From Candidatus Latescibacterota bacterium (GTDB taxonomy: Bacteria; Latescibacterota; UBA2968; GCA-2709665): 64,000 bases of DNA. Positions within the stretch are counted from its first letter, which is position 1. Every line of letters begins with the position of its first letter. This document shows, piece after piece, positions 41,750-50,224 of this stretch. The stretch spans positions 2,848,001 through 2,912,000 of the forward strand of contig OZ244937.1 of assembly GCA_965222075.1 (NCBI GenBank), read 5' to 3'. The notes under the pieces were generated by a model. That model was not told where the DNA came from, searched no databases, and saw nothing but the letters and a program-made list of their open reading frames with translations. A program made the translations under genes and the position numbers.

Positions 41750-43565
41750 TACCCCCTGCCTTTCCGTCGAAGACCACACCGTTCCTCTCCCGATCGGTAT
41801 AAATGAAAACCGTCTGGCTGCCGAAAAGTACATGGTCTGTCCGGATGCGCATCCGCTCCAAAACCGTTTGCCTCACCCGTCTGACGGTCCCCGATTCCCG
41901 GGACAACCGGAGCGCTGAGAGGACCGAAGGGGGAAGCGCAGACACCTCCCGTCCCTCCACCGTCACCCCCCCTTTGGGGGAGAGGAGTTCAAGAATAAGC
42001 CCGTCGTTGCGCTCCACCCGGCCCAGCAGGCGGATCAGGTGCGCTAAATCCCTGGGCGTGTACTCGCCGGGCACCCGCTTGGCCTCCAGTGCAGCGTGGG
42101 CGCGGGCGCTGGACACCCGCAGGGTCAGCCGCCCCCTCCGGGCCTGCGCAGGGATCACCAGCAGCGTATCCACCTTTTGGAGATCTCCCAGATAGGGCCG
42201 CAGGGTAACCGTCACCCGGGCGGTATCCCCCGGCTGAAAACGGACCTTCTGCAGACGAACCGCCTCAATCCGGGCAGCCCGGGCCCGCTCTTCCACCTCC
42301 AGATCGAACGCCACCTCCTCCACCCACACCGGTTCAAAAGGGTTCTGCATCAACCGGGACAGGGGGGTCGTTGCTCCCAAAACCGCCTCTCCCAGGCCCT
42401 GAGCCCCGGCGTAAATGTTCTCCACCTCCAGAGGGGGATGCCCTGCCACTACGATCTGGGTACGTGCCCGCACGGTGGTCTCGCCCATCAGCTTCTCGGA
42501 CGAAATCAGAGCGCTTGCTACCGCCATCCTCACCAGCAGCGGGCCGAAATCCCGGTTGCGCAGCACCTCCATCCGGAACCCCTCCCGGTTGCCCGGCGAA
42601 CGGATCTCGATCTGCGTCGGGATCATCTCCGCCTCGCGGCCCACAATCCCTGCAATCCCCGGCGCCCGGTCCTGCACGATCAGGCCCATTGGGTGGGACG
42701 CCGCACCCAGCTTAAAAGAGAGGTATTGGCTGGGAAACACCTGGTGGATGTAGGCCGCCGTCATCGGCATCGCCGTGCTGCCCCCAAAAAGCATCGGGTG
42801 CCCGAACCCGACCACCCGGTCCCCATCCCGATAGGTGAGGGTGCCAATGCCCGTCACGCTGAAATCGCCCCGGATAAGCTGCACCCCCAGCGGGGCACCG
42901 GGCTCAAACGGCCCGGACGGAAGGGACGCATCAACACCCCCGCCCCCCTGAACGGGCAGCAACCCGAGAGGCAGCAGTTCCTCCCTGAGTTCGGCCACCA
43001 CCCGGGGCGCAAACCCCGACATCACCAGAGGTATCGCCACCGGCCTCAACGCACCGGCCTCCAGTCCCGCCGGCTCGGCAACAGAAGGCGTCCCCCCCCT
43101 GCCCTGCCGCAGCCAGGACCCCAGGCTGGAAGCCGCGTCCGACGGTGCGGAGGGGCGCTTAAGCACGTCGATCATCTCGGCAATGGGCGTAATCCCGGCA
43201 ATCGGTTCTTTGGCAAAAATGCCGAAACTGTAAGCCACAGCCCCGACCAGCTTCCCCTGGATATAGACCGGGCTGCCGCTCATCCCGGCGATCACCCCCG
43301 TCTCTTCCAGCGGACTTCCCGAAAGCCGGGCCAGAATAATGTCGCTTCGGGGACCCAACACGTTGCGCAGAACCCCCAGGACCTCGACCTGAAACGTATC
43401 GATGCGCGTCCCCTGAAAGACCGTCCGGCCGATGCCCACCATGCCCCGTTGAATCTCATCGACGGACATCTGCGCAACCGCCCCGGCCGCGCCGCAATCC
43501 CTCGGGGAAACCGCCGGGATAAGGATCAGCGCAAGACAGAGAACAACAGAAGAGAACCGGGCCAT
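41736..43565 (-). CDS. SpoIVB peptidase S55 domain protein, secreted
   Basis: Signal peptide; AGMSGSPVYIQGKLVGAV; GIGTLTY..VVGFGHPM. Confidence 0.85.
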   Translation of the reverse strand: MARFSSVVLCLALILIPAVSPRDCGAAGAVAQMSVDEIQRGMVGIGRTVFQGTRIDTFQVEVLGVLRNVLGPRSDIILARLSGSPLEETGVIAGMSGSPVYIQGKLVGAVAYSFGIFAKEPIAGITPIAEMIDVLKRPSAPSDAASSLGSWLRQGRGGTPSVAEPAGLEAGALRPVAIPLVMSGFAPRVVAELREELLPLGLLPVQGGGGVDASLPSGPFEPGAPLGVQLIRGDFSVTGIGTLTYRDGDRVVGFGHPMLFGGSTAMPMTAAYIHQVFPSQYLSFKLGAASHPMGLIVQDRAPGIAGIVGREAEMIPTQIEIRSPGNREGFRMEVLRNRDFGPLLVRMAVASALISSEKLMGETTVRARTQIVVAGHPPLEVENIYAGAQGLGEAVLGATTPLSRLMQNPFEPVWVEEVAFDLEVEERARAARIEAVRLQKVRFQPGDTARVTVTLRPYLGDLQKVDTLLVIPAQARRGRLTLRVSSARAHAALEAKRVPGEYTPRDLAHLIRLLGRVERNDGLILELLSPKGGVTVEGREVSALPPSVLSALRLSRESGTVRRVRQTVLERMRIRTDHVLFGSQTVFIYTDRERNGVVFDGKAGGSGKK

Positions 43566-43608
43566 GCAAAACACCTCACAAAAAAGACCGTTGCCCTGGA
43601 AAAACCAG

Positions 43609-43637
43609 AATCTACCGTGCAGCAGAACAAAAGTCAA
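43609..43637 (-). promoter_or_regulatory. sigma70 promoter of the S55 gene
   Basis: TTGACT-17-TAGATT. Confidence 0.65.
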
Positions 43638-43680
43638 GCCTCCCTAATTATACCGGTTTTGGTTTCAGCGAACAAGCCCC

Positions 43681-43709
43681 TTGTGAAATCCCCTGAATCT
43701 CCGTATACT
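43681..43709 (+). promoter_or_regulatory. sigma70-like promoter with no obvious downstream gene
   Basis: TTGTGA-17-TATACT. Confidence 0.45.
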
Positions 43710-43760
43710 GGGGGCATGCAGATCGCCCTGCTCCGCATTCCGCAATCGGTTTGCCTTTCT

Positions 43761-44099
43761 GCAAAAAGCCCGGGGAACAGAACCTCGAACAGCCGGGGAG
43801 AGTTGATTCCCTCGCCAGGAATCCGGCTGCCTCGAGCGCGCTCTGCCCCCGGGCTTTATGCAACTCACGGTGGCGGGTCGGCCCTCAGCCGACAACAGAG
43901 TAGTTATTCAGTAAATTTTAAACGGGGAAGAACAACCGATCGAAACGTCAAACAGCCGGATCGGCATCCAGAAGAGCAGGACCTAATGAAGGTGGGGAAA
44001 AGGGGAAATCGCCAGGGGTCTACACAGGGGCCAGCCGATGGGGCATCGCATCCCCTGCTGCTGGAGACGGGGGTGTCTCCTGGAAAATAGTGGGGGACG
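43761..44099 (-). ncRNA. Candidate structured ncRNA, family not recognised
   Basis: Bounded by promoter 44105-44133 and a roughly 95-nt hairpin with T5 tail; no convincing ORF. Confidence 0.4.
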
Positions 44100-44104
44100 C
44101 CACA

Positions 44105-44133
44105 AAGATAAGCCTTTGTTTTTCTTAAGTCAA
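44105..44133 (-). promoter_or_regulatory. sigma70 promoter of the candidate ncRNA
   Basis: TTGACT-17-TATCTT. Confidence 0.6.
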
Positions 44134-44250
44134 GAGGAAGTTTTTCCCATCGCAATATATTGGGGCCACACTGGAAGAATATACCTTGAATTTGGAGACC
44201 GAACCCGTTTGAGACGGGTGCTTTCACCTGGAAAACCAGCACAATAACAG

Positions 44251-44278
44251 AAGCCGACCCTGTCTCCGGAGTCGGCTC
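44251..44278 (-). terminator. Possible terminator after the ankyrin/small-ORF unit
   Basis: AGCCGAC/GTCGGCT stem with a weak U tract. Confidence 0.4.
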
Positions 44279-44330
44279 ATATCCAACGAATTGATGGGTG
44301 AATGGGTTACCGTGACAATTCACCATCTAC

Positions 44331-44513
44331 CTATGCCGCTCGCTTTTCAGCACACCGCAGCGCTTTCAGGGCCGCCATCCAGGCCGCTTCGTAGGCCGCC
44401 AGCGCCCGGCGCCACACCGCCGGGGCTGCTCCCTCCTGCTGAACCTGCCGGGCCGCCCGTTCGATCGCCCGTTCTGTGGCCGCAATCTCCGCATCGAACT
44501 CACCCCCTTTCAT
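44331..44513 (-). CDS. Small Ala-rich helical hypothetical protein (60 aa)
   Basis: Starts 7 nt after the ankyrin stop; amphipathic helical pattern. Confidence 0.5.
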   Translation of the reverse strand: MKGGEFDAEIAATERAIERAARQVQQEGAAPAVWRRALAAYEAAWMAALKALRCAEKRAA

Positions 44514-44520
44514 TCACAGC

Positions 44521-44916
44521 CTACCCAGCACCTTGCGCTTCCAGCAGTTCAACAACCGCGTCCTGCCCGCCGATTCTGGCGTGAACCACCAGGGGGATAC
44601 CGTGCGGACCCTTCTGGTGCGCCACCTGAGGATCATCAGTGAGGAATGCCTTGACGATTTCAACCTTTCCCAGCATCGCTGCACAGAAAACATCCATCCT
44701 GGCTCCTCTGGACAGAAGATGCTCGGCAATCGCCTTGCCATTGGTATGCGCAGCGGCGCCAAGCGCAGTCTCCCAATCCCCTCCGCCCCAGTCCCAGCAC
44801 GCATTGACCAGCGCCGGTTGCTGCTCCAGCAGTTCTTTTACCCGATCAAAATCACCGTGAGCCACTCGCACAAATTCTTCTACCATCTCTTTACCCAGCG
44901 CAGGAGGGGCATCCAT
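44521..44916 (-). CDS. Ankyrin repeat protein
   Basis: AHGDFDRVKELL, DWGGGDWETALGAAAH, AAMLGKVEIVK, GPHGIPL. Confidence 0.85.
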   Translation of the reverse strand: MDAPPALGKEMVEEFVRVAHGDFDRVKELLEQQPALVNACWDWGGGDWETALGAAAHTNGKAIAEHLLSRGARMDVFCAAMLGKVEIVKAFLTDDPQVAHQKGPHGIPLVVHARIGGQDAVVELLEAQGAG

Positions 44917-45000
44917 TGTAAACCCTTTCTGTTTTTTTGTTTTGATGGTGTCTATCTGCGGCTTATTTTGACGTGATTCTACAGCTTTTCCATACAACAC

Positions 45001-45029
45001 AATATAGTGAACATTCGTACAGTTTTCAA
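45001..45029 (-). promoter_or_regulatory. sigma70 promoter with a putative LexA box in the spacer
   Basis: TTGAAA-17-TATATT; GAAC-ATTC-GTAC at 45009-45020. Confidence 0.5.
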
Positions 45030-45348
45030 GGGCTTTTCAAAGGTCCTGTGACATTCCCTTAACCGGAGCGTAGAAGCCATCCCTTTGATCGCCCCCCTGC
45101 CACAGAGCCAACAGGGCTCAAACCCATCCTTCCCCAAAGCCTCGCGCCCCAATTCCCCGGCGATCTGTTTTTTCCCCCGATTTCCCCTCCTAACATATCT
45201 CTGGACAGGAACGCTATTGTATATTATCTTCCAGACCCCGGAAATCGGTCGCCCTGCTCCGGCCATGACCCAGACACAGACGCCGTCCACCCTGCCAAAC
45301 GCTGTGCTCGTTCGCGTTTCCCTACCCCTCTGCAAATAAGGGGTTCTC

Positions 45349-46407
45349 ATGGCAAACACCTTAAAAGTCGGCATCATCGGCGTTGGAGGCATCGCCTCCA
45401 GCCATATTCCCGGCTGGAACGCCTCGGAGCACGCCGAACTGGCCGCCGGCTGCGACATCGACAAACGTGTCCTCAACAGATGGGGGCAGAAGCACGAAGT
45501 CTCAAAGCTCACGACCGACTCTGCGGACCTCTTCAAAAACCCCGACATCGACATCATCGACATCTGCACCCCCAACGCCCATCACGCCCCCCTGGCCATC
45601 GCTGCGCTGGGCGCCGGCAAACACGTCATCTGCGAAAAGCCCTTAGCGCCCACCCCCGGCCTCGTCAAAAAGATGATTGCCGCACAGGAGGAATCGGGCA
45701 GGCTGCTGATGACGGCCCAGCATTTCCGCTTCTCGGGTTCGGCCAGGGCCATGAAAGCCGAAATCGACAGTGGCGTCTTAGGCGAGGTCTACCACGCCAG
45801 AAGCTGGATGCTGCGCCGGTCGGCGGCTCCCACCAGCCCCGGATTCATCCTCAAACAGCACAGCGGCGGGGGCCCCTGCATCGACATCGGCGTCCACATC
45901 TTAGATCTCACCCTGTGGTTTATGGGCAACCCGAAACCGGCGACCGTCAGTGGTGTCGCCCGCGCCGAACTGGCCCACCAGAGGGGCGCATTCAGCAACT
46001 GGGGCGGCCCGATCCCTGAGCAATTCGATGTCGAAGACTTCGGCGCCGCCTTCGTCCGATTCGAAAACGGGGCCACGCTCATCCTCGAAGTCAGCTGGCT
46101 GCTCCACCACGATACCATGGTAGAAGACATGCAGATGTGGCTCTACGGCACGAAGGGAGGCAGCCACTGGCCAAAGTGCGAAATCTATGAAACGAACAAC
46201 AAAACCAGGCAACACTACAACCGGACCTTGAAAAACACCAGAGACCGCCTGGAGCCCCACGCTCAGGAGTGCGTCGAATTTGCCCGTGCAGTTGTCGAAG
46301 GCGCCCCTTCGCCCGTGCCGCCCGAACAGTCGCTGCAGGTCATGACCATCTTAGACGGCATCTACCGCAGCCAGGCGTCCGGCCGCGAGGTCAAAGTGAA
46401 GGTGTGA
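45349..46407 (+). CDS. Gfo/Idh/MocA family oxidoreductase
   Basis: VGIIGVGGIA, GKHVICEKP, GGGPCIDIGVHILD. Confidence 0.9.
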   Translation: MANTLKVGIIGVGGIASSHIPGWNASEHAELAAGCDIDKRVLNRWGQKHEVSKLTTDSADLFKNPDIDIIDICTPNAHHAPLAIAALGAGKHVICEKPLAPTPGLVKKMIAAQEESGRLLMTAQHFRFSGSARAMKAEIDSGVLGEVYHARSWMLRRSAAPTSPGFILKQHSGGGPCIDIGVHILDLTLWFMGNPKPATVSGVARAELAHQRGAFSNWGGPIPEQFDVEDFGAAFVRFENGATLILEVSWLLHHDTMVEDMQMWLYGTKGGSHWPKCEIYETNNKTRQHYNRTLKNTRDRLEPHAQECVEFARAVVEGAPSPVPPEQSLQVMTILDGIYRSQASGREVKVKV

Positions 46408-46433
46408 GTCGTGCGGGATGAAAGGAGCGGCGC

Positions 46434-47564
46434 GTGGCAGACACAGCGGACGTGATCATCATCGGCGGGGGTGTCATCGGATGCGCGATCGCCTACGACC
46501 TCGCCGGCGCGGGATTGAAAGTCACCCTCCTGGAGCAGGAGGCGGTCGGCAGCGGCGCCTCCTCGGCAGCGGCGGGGCTGATTGTGCCTCTGCATGCAGC
46601 CGAAGAAGGCGAGCGCTCTCCCCTCTTTGAACTCTACCTGGCCTCCGCCAGGCGCTTTCCGGACCTGGTCGCGGAACTGGAGGAGGCCACCGGCCTGCGC
46701 GTCGACTTCGACCGTTCCGGCCTCCTCCGGGTGGCTGCTACTGAAGATGAGGAGGAACTGCTCCGGGAATCCTTCGAAGCCTGGGAGCGCATCGAAGCGC
46801 TTACCGTAGAATGGGTGGACCGAAAGACCCTGCGCGGGATGGAACCGGAACTGGCCCCGGATGTCTGCTGCGGCGTCTTCTCAAAAGATGAGAGCAGGCT
46901 CCACCCCGGCCGGTTCACCCGCGCCCTGGCCTGGGGGGCAGCGCAGCGCGGCGCCCGGATCCGCACCGGATGCCCGGCCCTGGGCGTGCGTCAGCGGAAC
47001 GGCCGGTTCGAGGCCGTGCAGACCCTCGACGGGGAAATTTCCGCCCAAGAACTCGTCATCGCCGCAGGCGCCTGGAGCCGGGTGCCCTGCGCCTGGTTCG
47101 GCGTCCACGTCCCCATCGGCCCGGCCCGGGGGCAGATGGTCGCCCTGCGTCCTCCCACCCGCCTTCTGAGGCACTCCCTCCTCTCCTTCAACGGGGCGAT
47201 CCATCCCGCCTTAGACGGAACCGTGCACGTCGGCTCCACCGTCGAACTCGTCGGCTTCGACACCCGCACCACCGCCGAAGGCATCGCCACCATCTTAGCG
47301 ATTCTCCCCAGGCTGCTCCCCGCGCTCAACCCCGCTCCGGTCGAGCGTGTCTGGGCCGGGCTGCGGCCCTGGTGTGAAGACGGCCTCCCGGCTGTCGGGC
47401 GACTGCCGGGCTGCGAGGGGGTCATCCTGGCCGGTGGGCACTTCAAGCTGGGCATCGTCGGCAGCGCCATCACCGCACGCACGGTCAAAACCCTGATCGC
47501 AGACGGGCAGGTCGATCCGTTGATCGCCCCCTTCACCCCCCAACGGTTTGCAGAGGGTGCGTAA
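46434..47564 (+). CDS. thiO: Glycine oxidase / D-amino acid oxidase family
   Basis: IIGGGVIG, ASSAAAG, RGQMV, WAGLRP, GGHFKLGI. Confidence 0.75.
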   Translation: MADTADVIIIGGGVIGCAIAYDLAGAGLKVTLLEQEAVGSGASSAAAGLIVPLHAAEEGERSPLFELYLASARRFPDLVAELEEATGLRVDFDRSGLLRVAATEDEEELLRESFEAWERIEALTVEWVDRKTLRGMEPELAPDVCCGVFSKDESRLHPGRFTRALAWGAAQRGARIRTGCPALGVRQRNGRFEAVQTLDGEISAQELVIAAGAWSRVPCAWFGVHVPIGPARGQMVALRPPTRLLRHSLLSFNGAIHPALDGTVHVGSTVELVGFDTRTTAEGIATILAILPRLLPALNPAPVERVWAGLRPWCEDGLPAVGRLPGCEGVILAGGHFKLGIVGSAITARTVKTLIADGQVDPLIAPFTPQRFAEGA

Positions 47565-47624
47565 TGGTCACCCAGCCGGTGGTCGTAGAACGGACCTTTA
47601 CCGTGCTTCACGCTTCATTTCTCC

Positions 47625-48998
47625 ATGCCCAATACCTTCACAGTCACCCAAGCCGCTCAGCAGATCCAGACGGGCCGCCTCGCGCCCCTCGACCTGCTCA
47701 ACGCCTGTCTTTCCCGCATCAACGCCCTTGAAGACCGCGTACACGCCTGGGTCAGCCTTGATGTCGAAGGCGCAGAGGCCCAGGCCCGGGAACAGCAGGA
47801 GGAACTCGCCCGCGGCCGCCTGCGGGGTCCCCTCCACGGCATCCCCATCGCCATCAAAGACATCGTCTACACCCGGGGCCTTCGCACAACGGCCGGCTCC
47901 AAAATTCTCCACGACTTCGTACCAGAATACGATGCGACCGTCGTCTCCAAACTGCGGGAGGCCGGGGCCGTCATCCTGGGCAAAACCGTCACCACCGAAT
48001 TCGCCTGCTTCGACCCCCCAAAGACCCGCAATCCCTGGAACCTCGCCCACACCCCGGGCGGCTCCAGCAGCGGGTCGGCCGCGGCCGTGGCCTGTCGGAT
48101 GTGTCCGGCCGCCCTCGGCTCCCAGACCGGCGGCTCCATCAGCAGGCCTGCGGCCTACTGCGGAATCGTGGGCTGCAAACCCACCTGGGGCCGCGTCAGC
48201 GTATACGGCGTTCACCCCGTCAGCTTCAGCCTCGACCACGTCGGCCCCTTCACCCGCAGCGTTGCCGACGCCGCCCTGCTGCTCCGTATCATCGCCGGAG
48301 CAGACCCGCACGACCCCCTCTGCTCGGACGCCCCGGTCCCCGACTATCCCTCCGGCCTGGCCAAACCCGCAACCCGGACGCCCCGCATCGGACTCATCCG
48401 GTCCTACTTTCAGGAAACCGGCGACCATGCCGTGTGGTCCGCAGTTGAAGACGCAGCCGATATCTTCCGATCAAACGGCGCCGACGTGACCGAGATCGAC
48501 CTTCCCCGGAGCTTCTCCGACCTCCACCGGATGCACCGCACGATCATGCTCGCAGAGGCCGCCGCCTGCCACGCCGCCCAGTTTAAAACGCGGCGTTCAG
48601 ACTACAGCCCCGGCATCCGCTCCCTGCTTGAAGAGGGCCTGGCCCTCTCCGCTGTCGACTATGCCGATGCCCGGCGCCACCAGCTCACCTTCCGTTCGGA
48701 GATCCAGGCCGCCTCCACCGGCGTTGACCTGCTCCTCACCCCGGCCACGCTCACCCCGGCCCCCAGGGACCTGACCACCACCGGCGACCCGGCGTTCAAC
48801 TCCCCCTGGAGCTACACCGGCCTCCCCACCATCGTCCTGCCCGTGGAGTGCTCTCCGGATGGGCTGCCCATTGGCATCCAGCTTATCGGTCGCCCCTTTG
48901 CCGAACCCGACCTCCTCACCGCCGCCGCCTGGTGCGAGTCCCACCTTGGATGGGACAAAGTTCCGGAACGATGCACCAAACCGTCACACCCCAGGTAA
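47625..48998 (+). CDS. Amidase signature family enzyme
   Basis: GPLHGIPIAIKD, TPGGSSSGSAAAVA, GSQTGGSISRPA. Confidence 0.9.
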   Translation: MPNTFTVTQAAQQIQTGRLAPLDLLNACLSRINALEDRVHAWVSLDVEGAEAQAREQQEELARGRLRGPLHGIPIAIKDIVYTRGLRTTAGSKILHDFVPEYDATVVSKLREAGAVILGKTVTTEFACFDPPKTRNPWNLAHTPGGSSSGSAAAVACRMCPAALGSQTGGSISRPAAYCGIVGCKPTWGRVSVYGVHPVSFSLDHVGPFTRSVADAALLLRIIAGADPHDPLCSDAPVPDYPSGLAKPATRTPRIGLIRSYFQETGDHAVWSAVEDAADIFRSNGADVTEIDLPRSFSDLHRMHRTIMLAEAAACHAAQFKTRRSDYSPGIRSLLEEGLALSAVDYADARRHQLTFRSEIQAASTGVDLLLTPATLTPAPRDLTTTGDPAFNSPWSYTGLPTIVLPVECSPDGLPIGIQLIGRPFAEPDLLTAAAWCESHLGWDKVPERCTKPSHPR

Positions 48999-49005
48999 CC
49001 ATACC

Positions 49006-50199
49006 GTGCCCCGCACCTGCTACGCCTTCTGCCTGCTCCTCCTCGCCGCCTTACCCGCGCAGGGCAATCCCGGCATCGAGTCGACCGCCCAGGAAGGCCT
49101 CGATCGGATGTTGAACGAAGACTATGCCCGGGCGCACGCCCTCTTCGACTCCCTGATAACCGCCCATCCAAAGCGGCCCGAAGGCTACCTGGGCAGGGCG
49201 ATGGCCTACTGGGACGCCAGCCTTATCCTGGAGGACGAAACGCAGTACGATCGGGAGATCCACCGCCTGATCAAACAGGCCATCCGCGTCTCAGAGGACC
49301 ACATCAAGGCCCGCGGGGAATCGGCGGAGATGTTCTTCTGGCTTGGAAACGCCTACGGCCTCCGCGCCGGCCTGGCCATGGTGCGCGGCAGTATCTTTGA
49401 AGGCGTGGTGGACGGGCTGAAGAGCGAGGAATTCCTCTCCGCAACGCTGGCCCTCGACTCGACCCTGGTAGACGCCCACTTCGGACTGGGGCTGTCTGAC
49501 TACGTCATCGCCCGCAAACCGAGGCTCCTGCGGATGGTGAACCGGCTCTTCTCGCTCCCCCCCGGAGACCGCAAAGGGGGTCTGGCCCGGCTCGACCGGG
49601 TGGCTCGGAAAGGCACCTACTGCCGCAGGCATGCCCTGTCGAGCCGGGCCTTCATCGAACTCTACTACGAGAAGAATGCAGGTGAGGCGCGCCGGCGCTT
49701 TGGGGACCTGATCCGGCGCTATCCCAACAGCATCAACTACCGCGTGCGCTACCTGGACGCCCTGTTCGCCCTCACCGTAAAGGGCAAACAGGACGACCGC
49801 CAAACCCTCATCGACTCCGTCCAATCCATCCGCAACCTCGCACAACAGCGGGGCTGGAAGCTGGATTGGTGGACGCACACCAAACTCACCTTTATAGAAG
49901 GATTCGGGTGCTATCTCACAGGTCAAACCGACCGGGCAGGGGAACATATGGAGGCCTACATTCAGCAGGCCGAAAAAAAAAGCTGGCTGCTTGGCCCGGC
50001 GGAGTTGATCCTGGGAAAACTGGCCGACCTGCGCGGCAACCGGCAGCGCGCGATCGTCCACTACAAACGCGCCCTCAAGCAGGAAGATGTCTGGGGCACC
50101 CACGCCCGGGCCGGGCGCTACCTGAAGCGTCCTTTCTCGGCAGAGGAACCGATTCAGCGCCCCCCCGACCTGGTAAGGCGCTATCCCCAACGCCCGTGA
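49006..50199 (+). CDS. Secreted TPR-like protein
   Basis: Signal peptide CLLLLAALPAQG; TPR-like helices (DAHFGLG, AIVHYKRAL). Confidence 0.7.
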   Translation: MPRTCYAFCLLLLAALPAQGNPGIESTAQEGLDRMLNEDYARAHALFDSLITAHPKRPEGYLGRAMAYWDASLILEDETQYDREIHRLIKQAIRVSEDHIKARGESAEMFFWLGNAYGLRAGLAMVRGSIFEGVVDGLKSEEFLSATLALDSTLVDAHFGLGLSDYVIARKPRLLRMVNRLFSLPPGDRKGGLARLDRVARKGTYCRRHALSSRAFIELYYEKNAGEARRRFGDLIRRYPNSINYRVRYLDALFALTVKGKQDDRQTLIDSVQSIRNLAQQRGWKLDWWTHTKLTFIEGFGCYLTGQTDRAGEHMEAYIQQAEKKSWLLGPAELILGKLADLRGNRQRAIVHYKRALKQEDVWGTHARAGRYLKRPFSAEEPIQRPPDLVRRYPQRP

Positions 50200-50224
50200 T
50201 CGAATTGCGGAATACTTTGCCCTC

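Noticed and set aside
43710-43860. tmRNA/SRP/RNase P candidates
   Set aside because: No tRNA-like ends or CCA, no SRP helix-8 motif, no GAGGAAAGUC.
42096-44090. 664-aa plus-strand ORF
   Set aside because: Antisense shadow of the S55 gene in GC-rich DNA with no motifs. Only the tail from 43716 is kept as a weak possibility.
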